DNA of 54,249 nt, the filler included, from Sluysia triapertura (taxonomy: Eukaryota): the NCBI GenBank assembly GCA_046118255.1. It is 4 parts of 4 records of this genome, joined end to end, with 100 filler letters (N's around TTAATTAATTAA, not from the genome) between each part and the next. Parts side by side here need not be neighbours in the genome. Positions count along the whole stretch, not along the records: positions 1 to 15,054 come from JBJNIA010240548.1; positions 15,155 to 26,537 come from JBJNIA010185324.1; 2 more parts are not named here. One strand, given 5' to 3'. The notes beneath the pieces were generated by a model. That model was not told the origin of the DNA. It did not search any database and was given only the letters and a program-made list of their open reading frames with translations. This document shows positions 13,181-26,637 of this stretch, in pieces (the stretch's first letter is position 1; every line of letters begins with the position of its first letter). A program made the position numbers and the translations under genes.

Positions 13181-15054
13181 ATTGCTTTGTTTGGATTTAT
13201 TTCTTTTAATTAATCACGAAGTTTTAGTTTTCTTTAATTGGCATATTCACCATTAAAATATAAATGGGTTCTGTTTAAGTTTGTTGGTAATTAACGTCTT
13301 AAAATGTGTGTAATATTTTAATTACTTAATATTTAATTTACGAATGTTCTACAATATTGGTGCTTAAAGAATTTGTATTATATTTCTGAAAATCGATAGT
13401 CAAATAGAATTAAATTAGATTAGTAACAAGCATTTATTAAGTGGGAATTAAAAATCGCAGTTAGAATATAAAGATTTTGGATGAATTTACAAAAAATGTA
13501 ATGTTATAAACATTTAAGATAAAAAATTGAAATTTCTCTAAGTTCTTACGTAGTTAAATTTATTTACATGCATAATGGAAATTTATTAAGTAAAGGAATG
13601 TAATTATCTAATTTTCTTGCTGAAACAATCGTATTTTAAATTATTACAATTTCTTATACTAAATAAACGCTAATAAGTTTATCTTAATGTTTTATAAAAT
13701 TGATATTAATTTTGACATGTTCAAATTTCTGCTAGTATTAAGTAACCCAAATCACATTCTTAAATCGTTTAGTAGCTCTTATAGATTCAGTATCTTACAA
13801 ATTTTACAATCAAGTAGTTCCAAATGTTATTAAAACTTTTAAATTATACATTATTCAATAATGTTACATTAACAGTTTCTACAAAATTTCTACACGCTTG
13901 AACATTTAATATTTCCGGGAATATTAAAGTCATCACAGATAATTCATTAAATTCAATTTGCAATCACATTTAGAAATCATTAAATAATCTTTTATATTCC
14001 GTATTTTGCACCTTTAACATTCAATCATCTCGTATCATTTTACTTCAAACCATTTAAACAATAACGCTCATTAAACAATGTTTTTCTACAGATCATCCTT
14101 AAACTTTAATATTCCATATTTCATACACTTGTCATATTTTCCAAATCCTGATAATAATTTTTCACGTTCATTTCCAACCATCTAACGTAAGGAAATGGAA
14201 TATGATCGGACTATTTTGGTTGAATCTTTAAAGTCATGATCCAAGTACAAATAAGTAAAATTTCATTAAATTTGTGCATATTATCAATAACCTTTATTCC
14301 TGTCAGTAATATCAGGTTATAATTTTCCTTAATATATTTCCTCAATATATTAATATATTTTCCTCAATATATTTCAAGCACAATGATTTCAAAAATTCAA
14401 TAACTTAATTGTCAATGGTTTTATCGTTTATAATATTTTTTTTCTGCAAAAGAAATGAAGAAAAGTCATAAAGAAATAAAAATAAATCAGAATCATAGTC
14501 AAAAATTCAGACCCTTAATTAAGTGTGGCTACTTCGGTGCCAATTTACATTTCATGAATAAAAACGTTAAAAATTATTAAAGTAGTGCCAATAAAATTTG
14601 TAGTTTAAAAAAAGTAATTAAATAATTATAATTAATGAGAAGTTAAAAAAGCTAACATTTAAAATATTATTGTACCGAAATTGTTGAAGTTTCTAATCCA
14701 CCTAATTCTTAAATGGATAATTTTATTCATAAGATTAATGCTGGCCTACTGTAGATTCAGAAACTATGCCTTAAAATGGTACATTTCAATCAAACATTTG
14801 AATTGACATTCTTAATTGCAGCAGCCAATATTTCGTAACATATAACAAGCTACTTGTTTGGTGCAAAAACAAAACTTTAAGTAAGACACCCGAATAAGAT
14901 GTGAATGTTAGTTCTGCTACGATTCTGGGTTATACCTAACCTACGATGCAAATAAGCCTAGATGAGTTCGACCTAATAAGAACGACTTAAGTCTATAAGA
15001 CGGCGGCCTATTAGGATTTATGATAAAAGAAACAGAAATAGATAAGGACGTAAG

Positions 15055-15154
15055 NNNNNNNNNNNNNNNNNNNNNNNNNNNNNNNNNNNNNNNNNNNNTT
15101 AATTAATTAANNNNNNNNNNNNNNNNNNNNNNNNNNNNNNNNNNNNNNNNNNNN
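15055..15154. other. Artificial scaffold spacer
   Basis: 44 N + TTAATTAATTAA (stops in all six frames) + 44 N. Confidence 0.98.
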
Positions 15155-15479
15155 ATTCCACGTATCAATTTTACAATAAATATAATTTAACACAAATAAA
15201 AGTCAAATATACCCAATAAATATTATAATCAACAAATGTTAAATTACAAGTTAAAAAATCATTTAGTGAAAATCAATAGAGCACTAATAATCTAAAATTA
15301 AACCATTAATTAAGAGTGACGCAGATAAAAAGGAATTAAAATAAAATATAATAAAGTAATAAGCCTTACCTTCAGTTCGACGCTAATTCCTCGAAACTAA
15401 GAATTTAGAATAAAATCAAATAAAAAATTAAAACTTTTTAACTTAAAATAATAAAATTACTTCCTTCATCGATCTTGAA

Positions 15480-16600
15480 TTATTGTCATCGTCATCATAG
15501 TTGTCTTCGTTATTGTTGTGTGAAAAATTTTGCAACTACTCTCTTTATCCTATCAATATCTATTACTCAATAACTCTTGAGTTTTGCAATCTAAAACATT
15601 TTTTACACAAATCATCTGAACATCCTTTAAGTGTCGAGCCCACAATGACAGCTCTGACAATTGCACTGTACTACTCAGAATTTACTGAATACAAAACACA
15701 AAAATTTGATTAATGATCAATCATTATTTTCTTCTACTCTACTCGGCTTATTTTCTCCTAAATTCCTTCTAACATTAATATAGCAATATTTAGCATTAAC
15801 ATACATAAGAGTAATGAATTTAACTTTAGTTTTTATATTCAATTAATTTTTACTTATTCACACTCAATTTTCTAATGGACAATTTTTTTCGGTTCTTATC
15901 CTCAAACATATAATTTTATATACATTTCATAGTAATCATCTCATATTCAATTTAGTACGCTTTCATCACTCTAAATATGAAAAATTTACTGATTTAGAAT
16001 TGAAAATTAAACTTTGCTCAATATTAAGGATTTTCATGCACGAACGCATTCAAAAGTTATTCATAAGAAAGAATTTTTCCTTAAATAAGTTAAGATTTTA
16101 ATTACTTAATCTCTTTTTAGACTTTAACTATTTTATGCTTAAAAGTTATAGTGTTTCATAAGAGTTTCACATTCACCACTCTGGATCCTTTTCCTACTCG
16201 ATGCTAATTATCAAACTTGTCTTTAATATTAGTAATAATAATTTTTTTTCACAAGAATTTTAAAAATTTAAAATGCTTTGCAAGGTTTCTCAAAGATTCT
16301 TAAAGGTAAATAAGATCTTAAATAGTCTCGCGGTTCAAAAGTACTTTAATGATTTAAAGTATTTTAAAACCAATCTCAAGTTTCCTCAAGAGTTTAAAAA
16401 CCTTATAAGGATCTTTGGAATTCCACCGTATTACTAAATTCCCAAAGTCATTATACATGTATTCATCTTCATTATTCTCATTCCAACAATATCTTATTAT
16501 GTTTTATTCATCATTTGTAACAATTTTTCAATTCCACGTATTGCATACTCATTACTTTTTCAACAATTAGGTAATCCCAGAATAATAATATTAAAAAATG
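15480..16600 (-). repeat. Interspersed repeat family A, copy 1 (most diverged; relic may extend to ~17150)
   Basis: Shares collinear blocks with 23095-24194 in reverse, e.g. CTTTGCTCAATATTAAGG, TTTTCTTCTACTCTACT and CAAAACACAAAAATTT. Confidence 0.7.
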
Positions 16601-17327
16601 TAAAACATAATGTAAATATAAAATATCTATAAAAAATGTGACATATGCCATATTAATGCTATATCAATTTAAGTTTATCGGCAAATTGTTTCACAAACTC
16701 TGCAATTAATGTCTGCTACATCTTGATAGTTTTCCATTTGAATATATCGATAAAATCAGAAGTTATATTTTCTGACAAATTTGAGAGTACTAACAAATGA
16801 AGTGTGTCTAATTTTTGAAATATGAAAATATTGTTCTGTTTGTGTCCTAAAATGAATCTAATGATGATTATTGAAATCAAAAATATCTATCCATTTCAAT
16901 TTGATAACATATTCAATGCAAAAATCCAATGATAACATCGAATGACAAAATACTCCTCACTTAATTTTCAGTAAATTTATCCAGTATATTAAAATTCGAA
17001 CTTAATTGTTCCTTGTAAAAAATGCATAAGATAATGTAACATGATTGTGACTTTGATCAATTTACGTTACGAAGTGAACATTAGTAAATTCATGAATACT
17101 GTTTTGACTTATGATTCTACATTTATCTATTGAATATTCGGAATCCATTTCTTATTAAATTACGGTAATTTCACACTTTTTACAAAAATTGTCATTCAAA
17201 AATTAGTTAGAATTTCTTAAGGCAAATATTTAGACACTATAAAATAAAAAAATCAAATAAATTAAAACAAAAAAATAAAATATAAATATAATAGTTATAT
17301 ATAAAATTTACAATATAACAATTAATA

Positions 17328-18388
17328 TTGTGTTGGAAAAAAGCCTTTATGGAAAAATGAGAAATATAATATATGTTTTAACAAATTCCAAATATGTTTA
17401 AACAATAAATTATTACTACCACTTTAGGTAATTCTTTCGCATCTTGACTTTTTAATTTTGCAAAAGTCTTGTAATTTGGAACCAAAATATTTGGCAAATT
17501 GCAGTTTTGTATTTTCTATTTATTCAAATCTACTTTCTTCTAAGAAATTTTGATCCAAGCAAAACCGATGATAATATGGTGGAGCATTATACGGATTATA
17601 GCGAAATGAGGCAGAATTTCTCAATTAAATTTTAAAATATGTGATCTTGCATTACCTTGAAGCATAAATGCAGTTTTTTACTGATTAAAACTGGATGAAC
17701 TTATAAGATTTTCCGGAATAAGTGATGTAATTGCTGACAATAGATGTTATTTATTTTCAGTAATTTTTAATATGATTCCAGTCGTATCCTACCAAACATA
17801 CAAAACAACCTTTTTTTGATGTAAACAACTGCGAGAAGTCGGTTCAGAAAATTGCCGTTTTTGCAAATTTTATTGACATATAATGCAAAAGTTTCATTTT
17901 CGGTTCGAAGATGTATCTATACTCAGATTTAATAATAAAAAAGTTACACCTGAGATTCTTAAAAACTTCTGCTCTGCTTTTAAATTACGTTGAAACCAAA
18001 ATTTGCATTTTAATATTTTTTCAAATCGACAACCTTCGATTGGATTCACGGAACAAGTTCAGAGTATCATTTTCCAGTTGTAAAGGTTATTCAGATCTAG
18101 AATTATTCCTTGTGTCATAGTTTCTAGATTTTTGAAACCATTTTTAGATTGGTCTAAGTCTTAAAGAATCTAGATATGTTTTTAAAATATTATTAAAACC
18201 TTGAAAAGGATGAAAAGACGAATATGAACCTTATCAAAAAACGTCTAAAAATAATAAGATAAAATTTCGTTTGAAATTTAAATCTGCGCTTATATAATTT
18301 TAATTATAATGAATATTTGTCAAGTTTGAGTTATTCAATTTTTAAATCTGTATATAAATTATTCGAAAGGTTATATTTTCCAACCTAA
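17328..18388 (-). mobile_element. Decayed mariner (DD34D) transposon with TIRs and TA target duplication
   Basis: Ends TA|ttgtgttggaaaa ... ttttccaacctaa|TA (11/13 match). Relic peptides DKVHIRLFILF, KWFQK, LHQKKVVLYVW*DTTGII, LQGNARSH, YNPYNAPPYYH (cf. YSPDLAPSDYH), QNFLEESRFE. Confidence 0.8.
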
Positions 18389-19438
18389 TAAAATAATAAA
18401 TGGCAAAATTTAATTTATTTTGAAATTATTTTTTATTCATTGCTGTAAAATATTTAGCCATACCTGACTTTATTAAATTTAAAAGACGGGATCTCTGAAT
18501 ACTTTGATGTGAGATTAGATACAATAATCGTGGATCATTATACCTATCTAGAAATTTTATTTTATTATAGTCAAATTTACTAATACATTTTTTGTGTAAT
18601 TGTACAAATTTATCTGGACCTTACAGCTGATGTGACATTAGGGCATAAACACTGTCAGACAATTTTCTTTATTTATGATCAAGTTAACTATGTTTTGCAT
18701 TTGACATTTTGTGATCTATTCATTGTCTTCATATTATTAGAATATTTTATATTTAAAAGTTTACATTTATAAATAATAAATTAAATTTATTAAAACTTAT
18801 AAATTATTATGTAAATGCATATATGATTTAACGACAATTCTTTATGTGCAAAAACTCGAAGTTCTTAAAGCTGAAAAACCAAGCATGTCTCATCCTATTC
18901 GAATAATTATTTCGCAGTTCTGCTTACTAGTCATTAGATTTTCGCTTGTAGTTGACTTTTTTGTGCCATATGTATGTAAAGTCTTTGCTTTAGTTCAATG
19001 TTACGAAGATTTTTATTATCATCTAAATATATTATTTTTAATTGATCATCTACTCAAAAGCAAGCTACGGAAATGTACAATTGAGAAATAAAAATTAACA
19101 CACAATAAGTCTATAATATTAAACAAATTCTATAATTTTAAAAGCAATATCAAGTTAATTTAAAATTATTTAACTTCTTATTTTTTGTTTCAGAAACAAA
19201 TTTTATAATACATTATAATCTTAAAGCTGAAAATTAAGCGAAATTGAAAAATATACGTTTTTTACTTTCAAGTGTTCTTTTTACCATAAATTTTGATGCA
19301 AAATTTGGTAAAAATTAAATTTATTATTTGATAGTTTTATTTGTACATTACACTAATTTTTTTAAAAACAAAGTACACTGCAATGAGAAATAAGTTACAT
19401 TTGAGAAAATTAAATATATATTTAAGTAAAAATCTTAC

Positions 19439-19790
19439 GCGTGACTGGAGAGGTGCATGTAAACGGAGACAATAATGATGGCGTAGTTAATGTTGACAAA
19501 GCTGAACCGGTATTTATCATTGGTGCATGATTTTGAAATAATGGCGCGGACAGTAAAGATGAGTTATTTGTTAATGAAGGGGTTGTAAATTGAGCTGGGA
19601 TAATTGATTTTATAAGAGGAGTAGTTATTGCAGGTTGAACAGGTGGAGTGAATAAAACACTGGTGACAACATGATGAGAACGAGTTTTTTCAACTGAAAA
19701 TAATCGCGTAGACAAAACTCGTAAAATGGCATTTGCATCTGTTTTTGGATCTTTCATTTCTGCCAAATATGCCACATGTCCTAGAGGATT
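19439..19790 (-). CDS. Isolated Ser/Thr/Pro-rich exon of an unidentified gene
   Basis: Open frame NPLGHVAYLAEMKDPK...TCTSPVT with GC well above background. AG acceptors at 19791/19781 and donor C|gtaaga at 19438. Confidence 0.5.
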
Positions 19791-19834
19791 CTAATTACAA
19801 CAATAAATTGTTAACAATTATTTTCGATTAAAAA

Positions 19835-20020
19835 ATTATTTTAAGAGTCCAAAACACACGAATCATAAACACAATCATAGGAAACCTTAAACAAACTTCA
19901 GCACAATGTAACACACAAAAATTTCAAATCAACAAATAACATACATAAAACGGAAGCACAATTTTTGTAACATCAAAGACTTTAACAACCGTACATAATT
20001 TTACAATCTAAAATTTAATA
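19835..20020 (-). repeat. Short interspersed repeat family B, copy 2
   Basis: AACAAACTTCAGCACAAT and CAAATAACATACATAAAA are reverse complements of blocks at 6829-6884. Confidence 0.6.
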
Positions 20021-20394
20021 GTATTTAATTTAATGTTACTACTGAAATTATTCTTTCAATGGCACTGGTGTTGTATTATTGTTATTTGAGAACGTCTTAT
20101 CTTACGTTATTTCTAAGTGTTGTATATATTAATAGTAACAATAAACCAATATTAATTTACTCTCAATAGTTTCAGTACTCACTAGACCAAGTACAGATTA
20201 TCACAAATTCTCTTATTTTAATAATATTTATTCAACCCAAATATTATGTTTTAAAATCGAATTAATAACAAACTCAATAGTTTAATAATTACAAAAACAA
20301 ATACAAAGTGTTATTATAAGTTTCCGTATTAAAAATAATGTTTATAATAATATTAAGGACACAACAATCTATACAAAGAAACCAGAACTGACAA

Positions 20395-21320
20395 AAAATA
20401 ATAAATTTAATTTTAGTTTTCAGAATTTAATTGATTTTTGGTTTTTCACACCCATTTTTCTTATGGAAAATGTTTAAGCTTCTTATTCTCAAACAAATCA
20501 CTTTACAAACATTTCAAACTCACTACTAGATTTCATTATATTTGCATCATTCTAAGTATAAAAATTCAACATTCCATAATTAAGAATTAATTAAATTTTG
20601 ACTTTGCTCACTATTAAGGCCTTCTATGCGTGAAGTCGGTCAAACCATACCTTTATCGAACGGTATTTATAAAAAAAATACATACACAGTTTCAAATTTA
20701 ACATAGCACTCCATGTTCCAAAGTATTTCTTAATTTTTTTTAATTTTTAAACTTAGTCTTATTTTAGGTTTAAAGGTTTTATTAAGGCCCTAAAGTTATT
20801 TAGTATAAAGTTATTTATATAAAGCATTCAGGAGCCTCTGGATGTTTTAAGCTTCACCTCTTTGATTCCTTTTTCTACTTCTTCATGTTAATTATTACCA
20901 CACTAGATTTATTCTTAATATTGATAGGAATGATTTTATTTCTCAAATATTTTAAATAATTTATAAGATTACTAAAGGATAGCAAATGTTTATCGATGTT
21001 TCAAGAATACTTAGAGGTTAATAAGGTCTTAAATGATCTAAAGTTTTGCAAGTTCAAAGGTATCTTAATATATCAAGAGGTTTTCCAAGTCTATCTCAAG
21101 CTTCCGTAAGGTCTAAAACCCTTATATAGGTCACTGAACTCTAAGATATTCTTTAGCTGTTAACAATATTATAGATGTTTTTACTTTCATGATTCTTATT
21201 CCAACAATGTTTATAATGTTCAATCCATTACTTTGTATCAGTTCTTCCTTCATTTTATAGTTCTATATGTTTCTCAGTCATCTTCTGATCTGCATTTGGA
21301 AAATCTTTTTGTTCTTTTTT
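20395..21320 (-). repeat. Interspersed repeat family A, copy 2
   Basis: Reverse complement aligns by eye to 23095-24020, e.g. GCATTCAGGAGCCTCTGGATGTTTT vs AAAACATCTAGAGCCTCCTGAATGC and GAAGTCGGTCAAACCATA vs TATGGTGTGACCGACTTC. Confidence 0.85.
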
Positions 21321-23094
21321 AACGTAATTAATTAAATAAACAACTAATTCTTTACTCCCAATGGTGCAACAAGTTCTTACAAAGTTTGTAACATATGGAG
21401 GATACTGGAATATTTTATTATATGTAGAAAATTACAGATGTCAGCCTATCGAAATGAAGGTGGTTCTATCAAGTCATTTTTGCAGGTATGTTGGAAGTTA
21501 ACTTGATATTTTTAGAAAGAATACAAATTCCATTACAACATAAAGATTTACATATGATTAAAAATTCTACTCTTGCTTTTATTGAAAACCACTGCATTTC
21601 TTTAAGATACGATATTATTATTACCTATATTTTTAAACATTTTATGTAATTTTGTACAATGAATTAATTGTAGTACAGCGTTGCAAAAATTAACAGAAAA
21701 TATCGGAATATCTTTCATAATAATTTACTTTGAATAAAATAATTTAAAACTATTTTAAGTTATATTAATATTTAAGTGCATTAACTAATTTCCATGCATG
21801 CGCATATATGACAAGTATCACAAATAAAGGTGTTTACTCATTTATACTGATGTTTAAACATCTCACATGTTTGCGATAATTGATCACGAAATGAACTCGA
21901 TTTTTAAATATGTCAAACGCGACAAAAATTGCGATATGATCGCAAAACAGTGTAAATCAAGAAAGCTCTACAATCAAAGTAGAAATAAATATATTTAAAT
22001 TATTATTTATTTAAATTACACCTAATTATATTGTCACTTATTATCTGAATAACAAAAATTTGATGACATATCTGCCCAATCAGGATTTTCGGCAGCATTT
22101 TGTATTGCTGTCATTTTTCTTCTTCGCTAATTAATAATTTTACTTATGGGTTCGTTTAAAGTCTACGTCTAATGTCTGAACAAGGGACTATCTGAAATGT
22201 GACTTTAAACGAAAATAACTATTAATTTCCTTAAGAACTTATGTTGTTTCTACCACGCTTTTTCCTAATAATATTTCAATATCACAAGAATAAATTACCA
22301 ATTTTTATTATAAACACACGTAAGTTGTAAAATTTAAATAGGTTCATTACAATCTTATTAACTAAATAAGGAAAACACAAATAGGTAAGAAAATATAAAA
22401 AAATAATTATTAGAAAATTCCCCAAAAAATTGACTAATCAAATAATCGGATTAAAACAGAGATTGTACTCTAATATTAGAAAATTTACTTTAGAAAGAAT
22501 TTAAGATTGTGTTACCACAATCTGAAATGTTAATCGATTTTGAGTGTACATTAAGTCTCACTTACGTGAGACGAATCCTACAATAAAGAAAAATTTCGTA
22601 GATAATTAATTGTCTTTTGGATCGGATATTCCTTTGAATAAAATAACTGTTAGAATCCTTATATTGTGGAATTTACTGATGACGCTGTCAACTGTTAACT
22701 TGAAAAATTTCTCTAAAAATTATGTTATACTTTTACTTCAATGATTATGTAACCATAAAATTCCGAGAGAGAGTGATAAAATTGAAAGTGAAATGGTTAT
22801 AAAATTTATAATAATAAAATTTGAAAATAAAATTACAATGAAACGGCTGTAAAATTTGCAAATATAAATTTTATCTAAGAAAATAACTTTATAAAATTGA
22901 AAAATATTATAACTTTAATAAGACAAAATATTATAATTTTAATAAAACAAAGTTTAAATAACTTTACAAAATATTTACATCTATACATTTAGTGAGGGAA
23001 TACTGAGAGAAGTCTTCTAGTATAAATCAACAGTTCTAGATATTACAGGTACATTAGGAAAAAAACCACACCCAAATGGTTACATTATTTTACT

Positions 23095-24194
23095 AATAAT
23101 GTTGCGATTACCCAACTGCAGGTTAGGAGTTGAGTAAGAGGCACACAGTACCATAAATTGAAGAAAGAGTTCATACGAAGTGATAGATTGAACATTATAA
23201 ATATTGTTGGAAAAAGAATAATGAAAATAAAAATATTGATAATAAAATTAGCAGCTGGAGAGACCTTATGGAAGCTTGAAATGAACTTGTAAAATCTTTG
23301 AAGGCATTAGAATACCTTTGAGCTTGTGAACCTTAAGATCACTGAGGCTTTATTAACCTTTAAGTATTTTAAGGTCTAAGATTTTTGAGTAATATTATAA
23401 AGTATATAAAATCTTTAAAATTTTTAAGAAATAAAATCATTGTTCAAAATAATAAAGATAAGTTTAATATTGTAATAATTAACATGAAGAGCAAGAAAAA
23501 GGAATCAGAGATGTGAAGGTGAAAACATCTAGAGCCTCCTGAATGCCTTATAAATTATTAAATAGCATTAGAACCTCAATAAAACCTTTAAACATAGAAT
23601 AAGACTAAGTCTAAAAATAGGTTAATTAATTAAAATCTTAATTAACTTAATTAAGAAAAAGTATGTTTTTGTGAATAACTATTGAATGCGTAATGCTATG
23701 TTGTATCTCTTTGTTTTAAAAAGACCTTTCGATGAAGATATGGTGTGACCGACTTCATGTAAGGAAAGCCTTAATATTGAGAAAAGTCAAATTTTAATTA
23801 ATTTTTAATCATGGAATGTTGACTTTTTAATACTTATAGTGATGCAAATATAATGAATTGAATATGAAAAGATTGCCATGAAAGAGGAGAAACTATAAGT
23901 GAGTTCGAGATGTTTGTAAAATGGTTCGTTTTAGAATAAGAACCTTAAAACATTTTTCATTAGAAAATTTGGTGTGAATAATCAAAAATCAATTAAATTC
24001 TAAGTGAAATTAAATTCATAATTTTTATGTATGTTAATAATATTGTTAATTGTTATTTTAATGTGAGAAGTCACTTAAGTAAAAATAGATTAAGTAGAGT
24101 AAAAGAAAATGATGGTCGATAATATATAAAATTTTTGTGTTTTGTACATAATGAAGTTTGAGAGACCGTACCATGTTATTGTCAAAGTTATTAT
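23095..24194 (+). repeat. Interspersed repeat family A, copy 3 (interrupted by the hAT element)
   Basis: Collinear with 52540-53335 up to GACCGTACCATG..ATTGTCAAAGTT.TTAT, where the hAT terminus begins. Confidence 0.85.
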
Positions 24195-26537
24195 TAGGGT
24201 TTCCAATACCGGACCAAAATTTCAATACCGGGATACCTGTTTTAATGTCAGTATTAGATATTGTAAAAAAATCCCAGCCTTACTGGGTTTTGTTGTTTAA
24301 TTTGCTGATTTTTAATGAAAAATAAAATATTGCAAACAATTTTTACATTTTTTAAATAATAACAATAAAACGAAAAATATTAAACTGCAACAGATCTTTT
24401 ATTTCTTTAAATCACGAAAAATTGTTGTACAATTATTGCATATTTTTAAAATGTGATCTTAGAAAACACAACGCATCAACTGTATTGTCATTAAGCCTGG
24501 AGCGTAATTTAGTGCAAATATTACCAGCAGTCGAAAAAGCTCTTTCAGCTTCTATGGTTAACAATGCACGATATACCTTTTCTAAATATTTACCTCTAAA
24601 TTCATCATGTAAAACAAGTCTACTTCTCTCTGAATGGTTGTCGAAATATCTGATCTAGGAATGGTAGTTGTACTTGTACATATTTTGTTAATAATCGCTA
24701 ATTATAATCTTTCAGTTTCTTTTCATCATCATCTTTGCTGTCATTCTCGTTCTCTATATCTTTATCGATTTCTTCTGAATGACTACAAGTATCCGGATAA
24801 AATTTTTCAATAAAATTTACTAAAAAATCGATTAAATTTGAGGTTTTAAATATTTTCCTATCTTTTTCATTTTTGTAATTATTATAATTGTCTAGATACA
24901 GTAAAATATCTTCTATTTCAGTGTGCCTTTCTTCTATCCGATTCTTTAAAGCAATACATAACTCAAACGATAGTTGTGTATGTTGTTCCCTTAGTGATTG
25001 TAACAAAATTAATTGTCGCATTTGCTGTCATAGATTGGCATCTCTATGCATAATACCTCCACAACTAGTTTCGCTGGAAGTAAAGCGGAAACTCCTAGAT
25101 ATTAAGTCAAATTCACCTCCGGAAATATCAAAAGGCAAGTTAAAATCAATAATTGTTTTTTTAATTGGATTTTTTAGTTTCAAAAACCGTTTCATCATTA
25201 TAAGTAAACTATTCCAACGTGTTTTAGAATCTAATCACAACATATACTCCGTTTTACTTTCTGTAAGTACATATTTCTGTAGCAGTGCATTTTTAGTGAG
25301 GGAACGTTTAAATATTTTGACGATTTTTCGAATTTTATCAATTACGTCTTGCAAATCTTCATTACATGACAATTTTTCTCCATAGGAAATTTCTGGTTCA
25401 AAACTAACATTGTAAAATCGAATTCATTTTCTTCAAAGTCAGAATTCGAGAGTTCTATGTCCAGAATATTTACGTTCATATTTTTCGTGTTGGATTCGTG
25501 AGCATAACACAATTGTTGATTTGCTACAATCAACTTTCCAAACTTTTTCATCACCGTTGCTCCAACTGTAGTTATGGAAACAGTGTCTTCATTCAAAAAT
25601 AATCCATAGTGTGGTAGTTTGGACATGAGAACTTCAATACAGCTTTTGCTGGCATACTTCCTGAAATATGTGTAAGTTCAATATTCCAAAATTTCGTTTT
25701 TGAATAAATATTTATATTTAAATACCGTCTTTTTCTAATATTTGTCCATTCATCAAATGTAAGACTAAATTTCTTCCCTTTTTTGATAGAATTAGCTCAT
25801 ATTTCAATTAAATCCGAACACCGTTACTATAGTTTCTACTATTGTGCTGACTGAAGTTGGGATGTTTTTGTATCCACTTGCGTTTAATGATTTTCTTAAT
25901 TCTTCAGAGGTGCAAAACACTCGAAATGACATGCCATCAAAACTCGACATTTTACTTATGATTTCCCGAGGACATCGGTTTTGGAACAGCAGTTGGTTTT
26001 GTATCTTCTGCATAATTAATTCTCTTAGCTTTAAACATATCAGTACCATGTTTGACCTTTAAATGTGTATGGAGTCCGTTTGCAGATCCTCCACTCACCT
26101 TAATTATTATTAAGCATTTTATACATTATGCTTCCATATTCCATATGCTTCCATATATTTTTTCCAAACAGAAGTAGCATCATTCGATTTTTTATGTTCT
26201 CTGAAGTTCTTATTCATTTAAGGGGGATAAATATTTTTATTTATATATGAAAAAAGGTGATTTCCTATCCTACGTACAGGTTCAATCCCCGCAGAGAACG
26301 TTTTTTATTTTTTAATAGAAAAGGAAATCTAACTATGATCGTATTGAAGTATTAAAAAATAAAAAGCTATGTAAATAAAATTTATCAAAAAGATTAAAAG
26401 AATAATCAATGTTCCACCATTAATATTAAAACAAATATAAGATTAAAAATTTATAATGATAGACGAGTTTTAGTATGGAATGTTCAAATAAGAAAGTCTA
26501 AATAAATTATCTTTTAAAAATTTTTTAAAGTTTTTTA
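24195..26537 (-). mobile_element. hAT-superfamily DNA transposon, one end present, other end lost in the gap
   Basis: Terminus TAGGGTTTCCAATACCGG at 24195 with repeated subterminal AATACCGG; encloses a hAT transposase relic. Confidence 0.8.
24433..26217 (-). pseudogene. Frameshifted hAT transposase
   Basis: FSLTFDEWT (first catalytic D), SITTVGATVM (decayed TTDGA), QQLCYAH (CxxH), SKTRWNSL, and dimerisation domain IEAERAFSTAGNICTKLRSRLNDNTVDALCFLRSHF. Split across ORFs 25804-26049, 25342-25626 and 24698-25021. Confidence 0.88.
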
Positions 26538-26637
26538 NNNNNNNNNNNNNNNNNNNNNNNNNNNNNNNNNNNNNNNNNNNNTTAATTAATTAANNNNNNN
26601 NNNNNNNNNNNNNNNNNNNNNNNNNNNNNNNNNNNNN
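26538..26637. other. Artificial scaffold spacer
   Basis: Same 100-bp N/TTAATTAATTAA/N layout. Confidence 0.98.

Noticed and set aside
14690-14860. Tyrosine recombinase (Crypton/DIRS) from minus-strand TILRHSF
   Set aside because: One short motif amid stops; no supporting catalytic R, H or Y context.
14880-15054. LTR at the contig end (similar hints at 42230-42360 and 50600-50810)
   Set aside because: GC-richer and repeat-like, but no paired LTR, PBS or TSD is visible.
15099-15110. TTAATTAATTAA as a biological motif between N runs (also 26582 and 42962)
   Set aside because: Identical layout three times; it is a six-frame-stop linker added during scaffolding.
23260-24194. Alternative genetic code (stop reassignment) explaining stops in family A
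   Set aside because: All three stop types and frameshifts occur, and LeuRS and the ligase exon read normally with the standard code.
24422-26062. Plus-strand ORFs 24422-24658, 24888-25385 and 25844-26062
   Set aside because: Antisense shadows of the hAT transposase relic.
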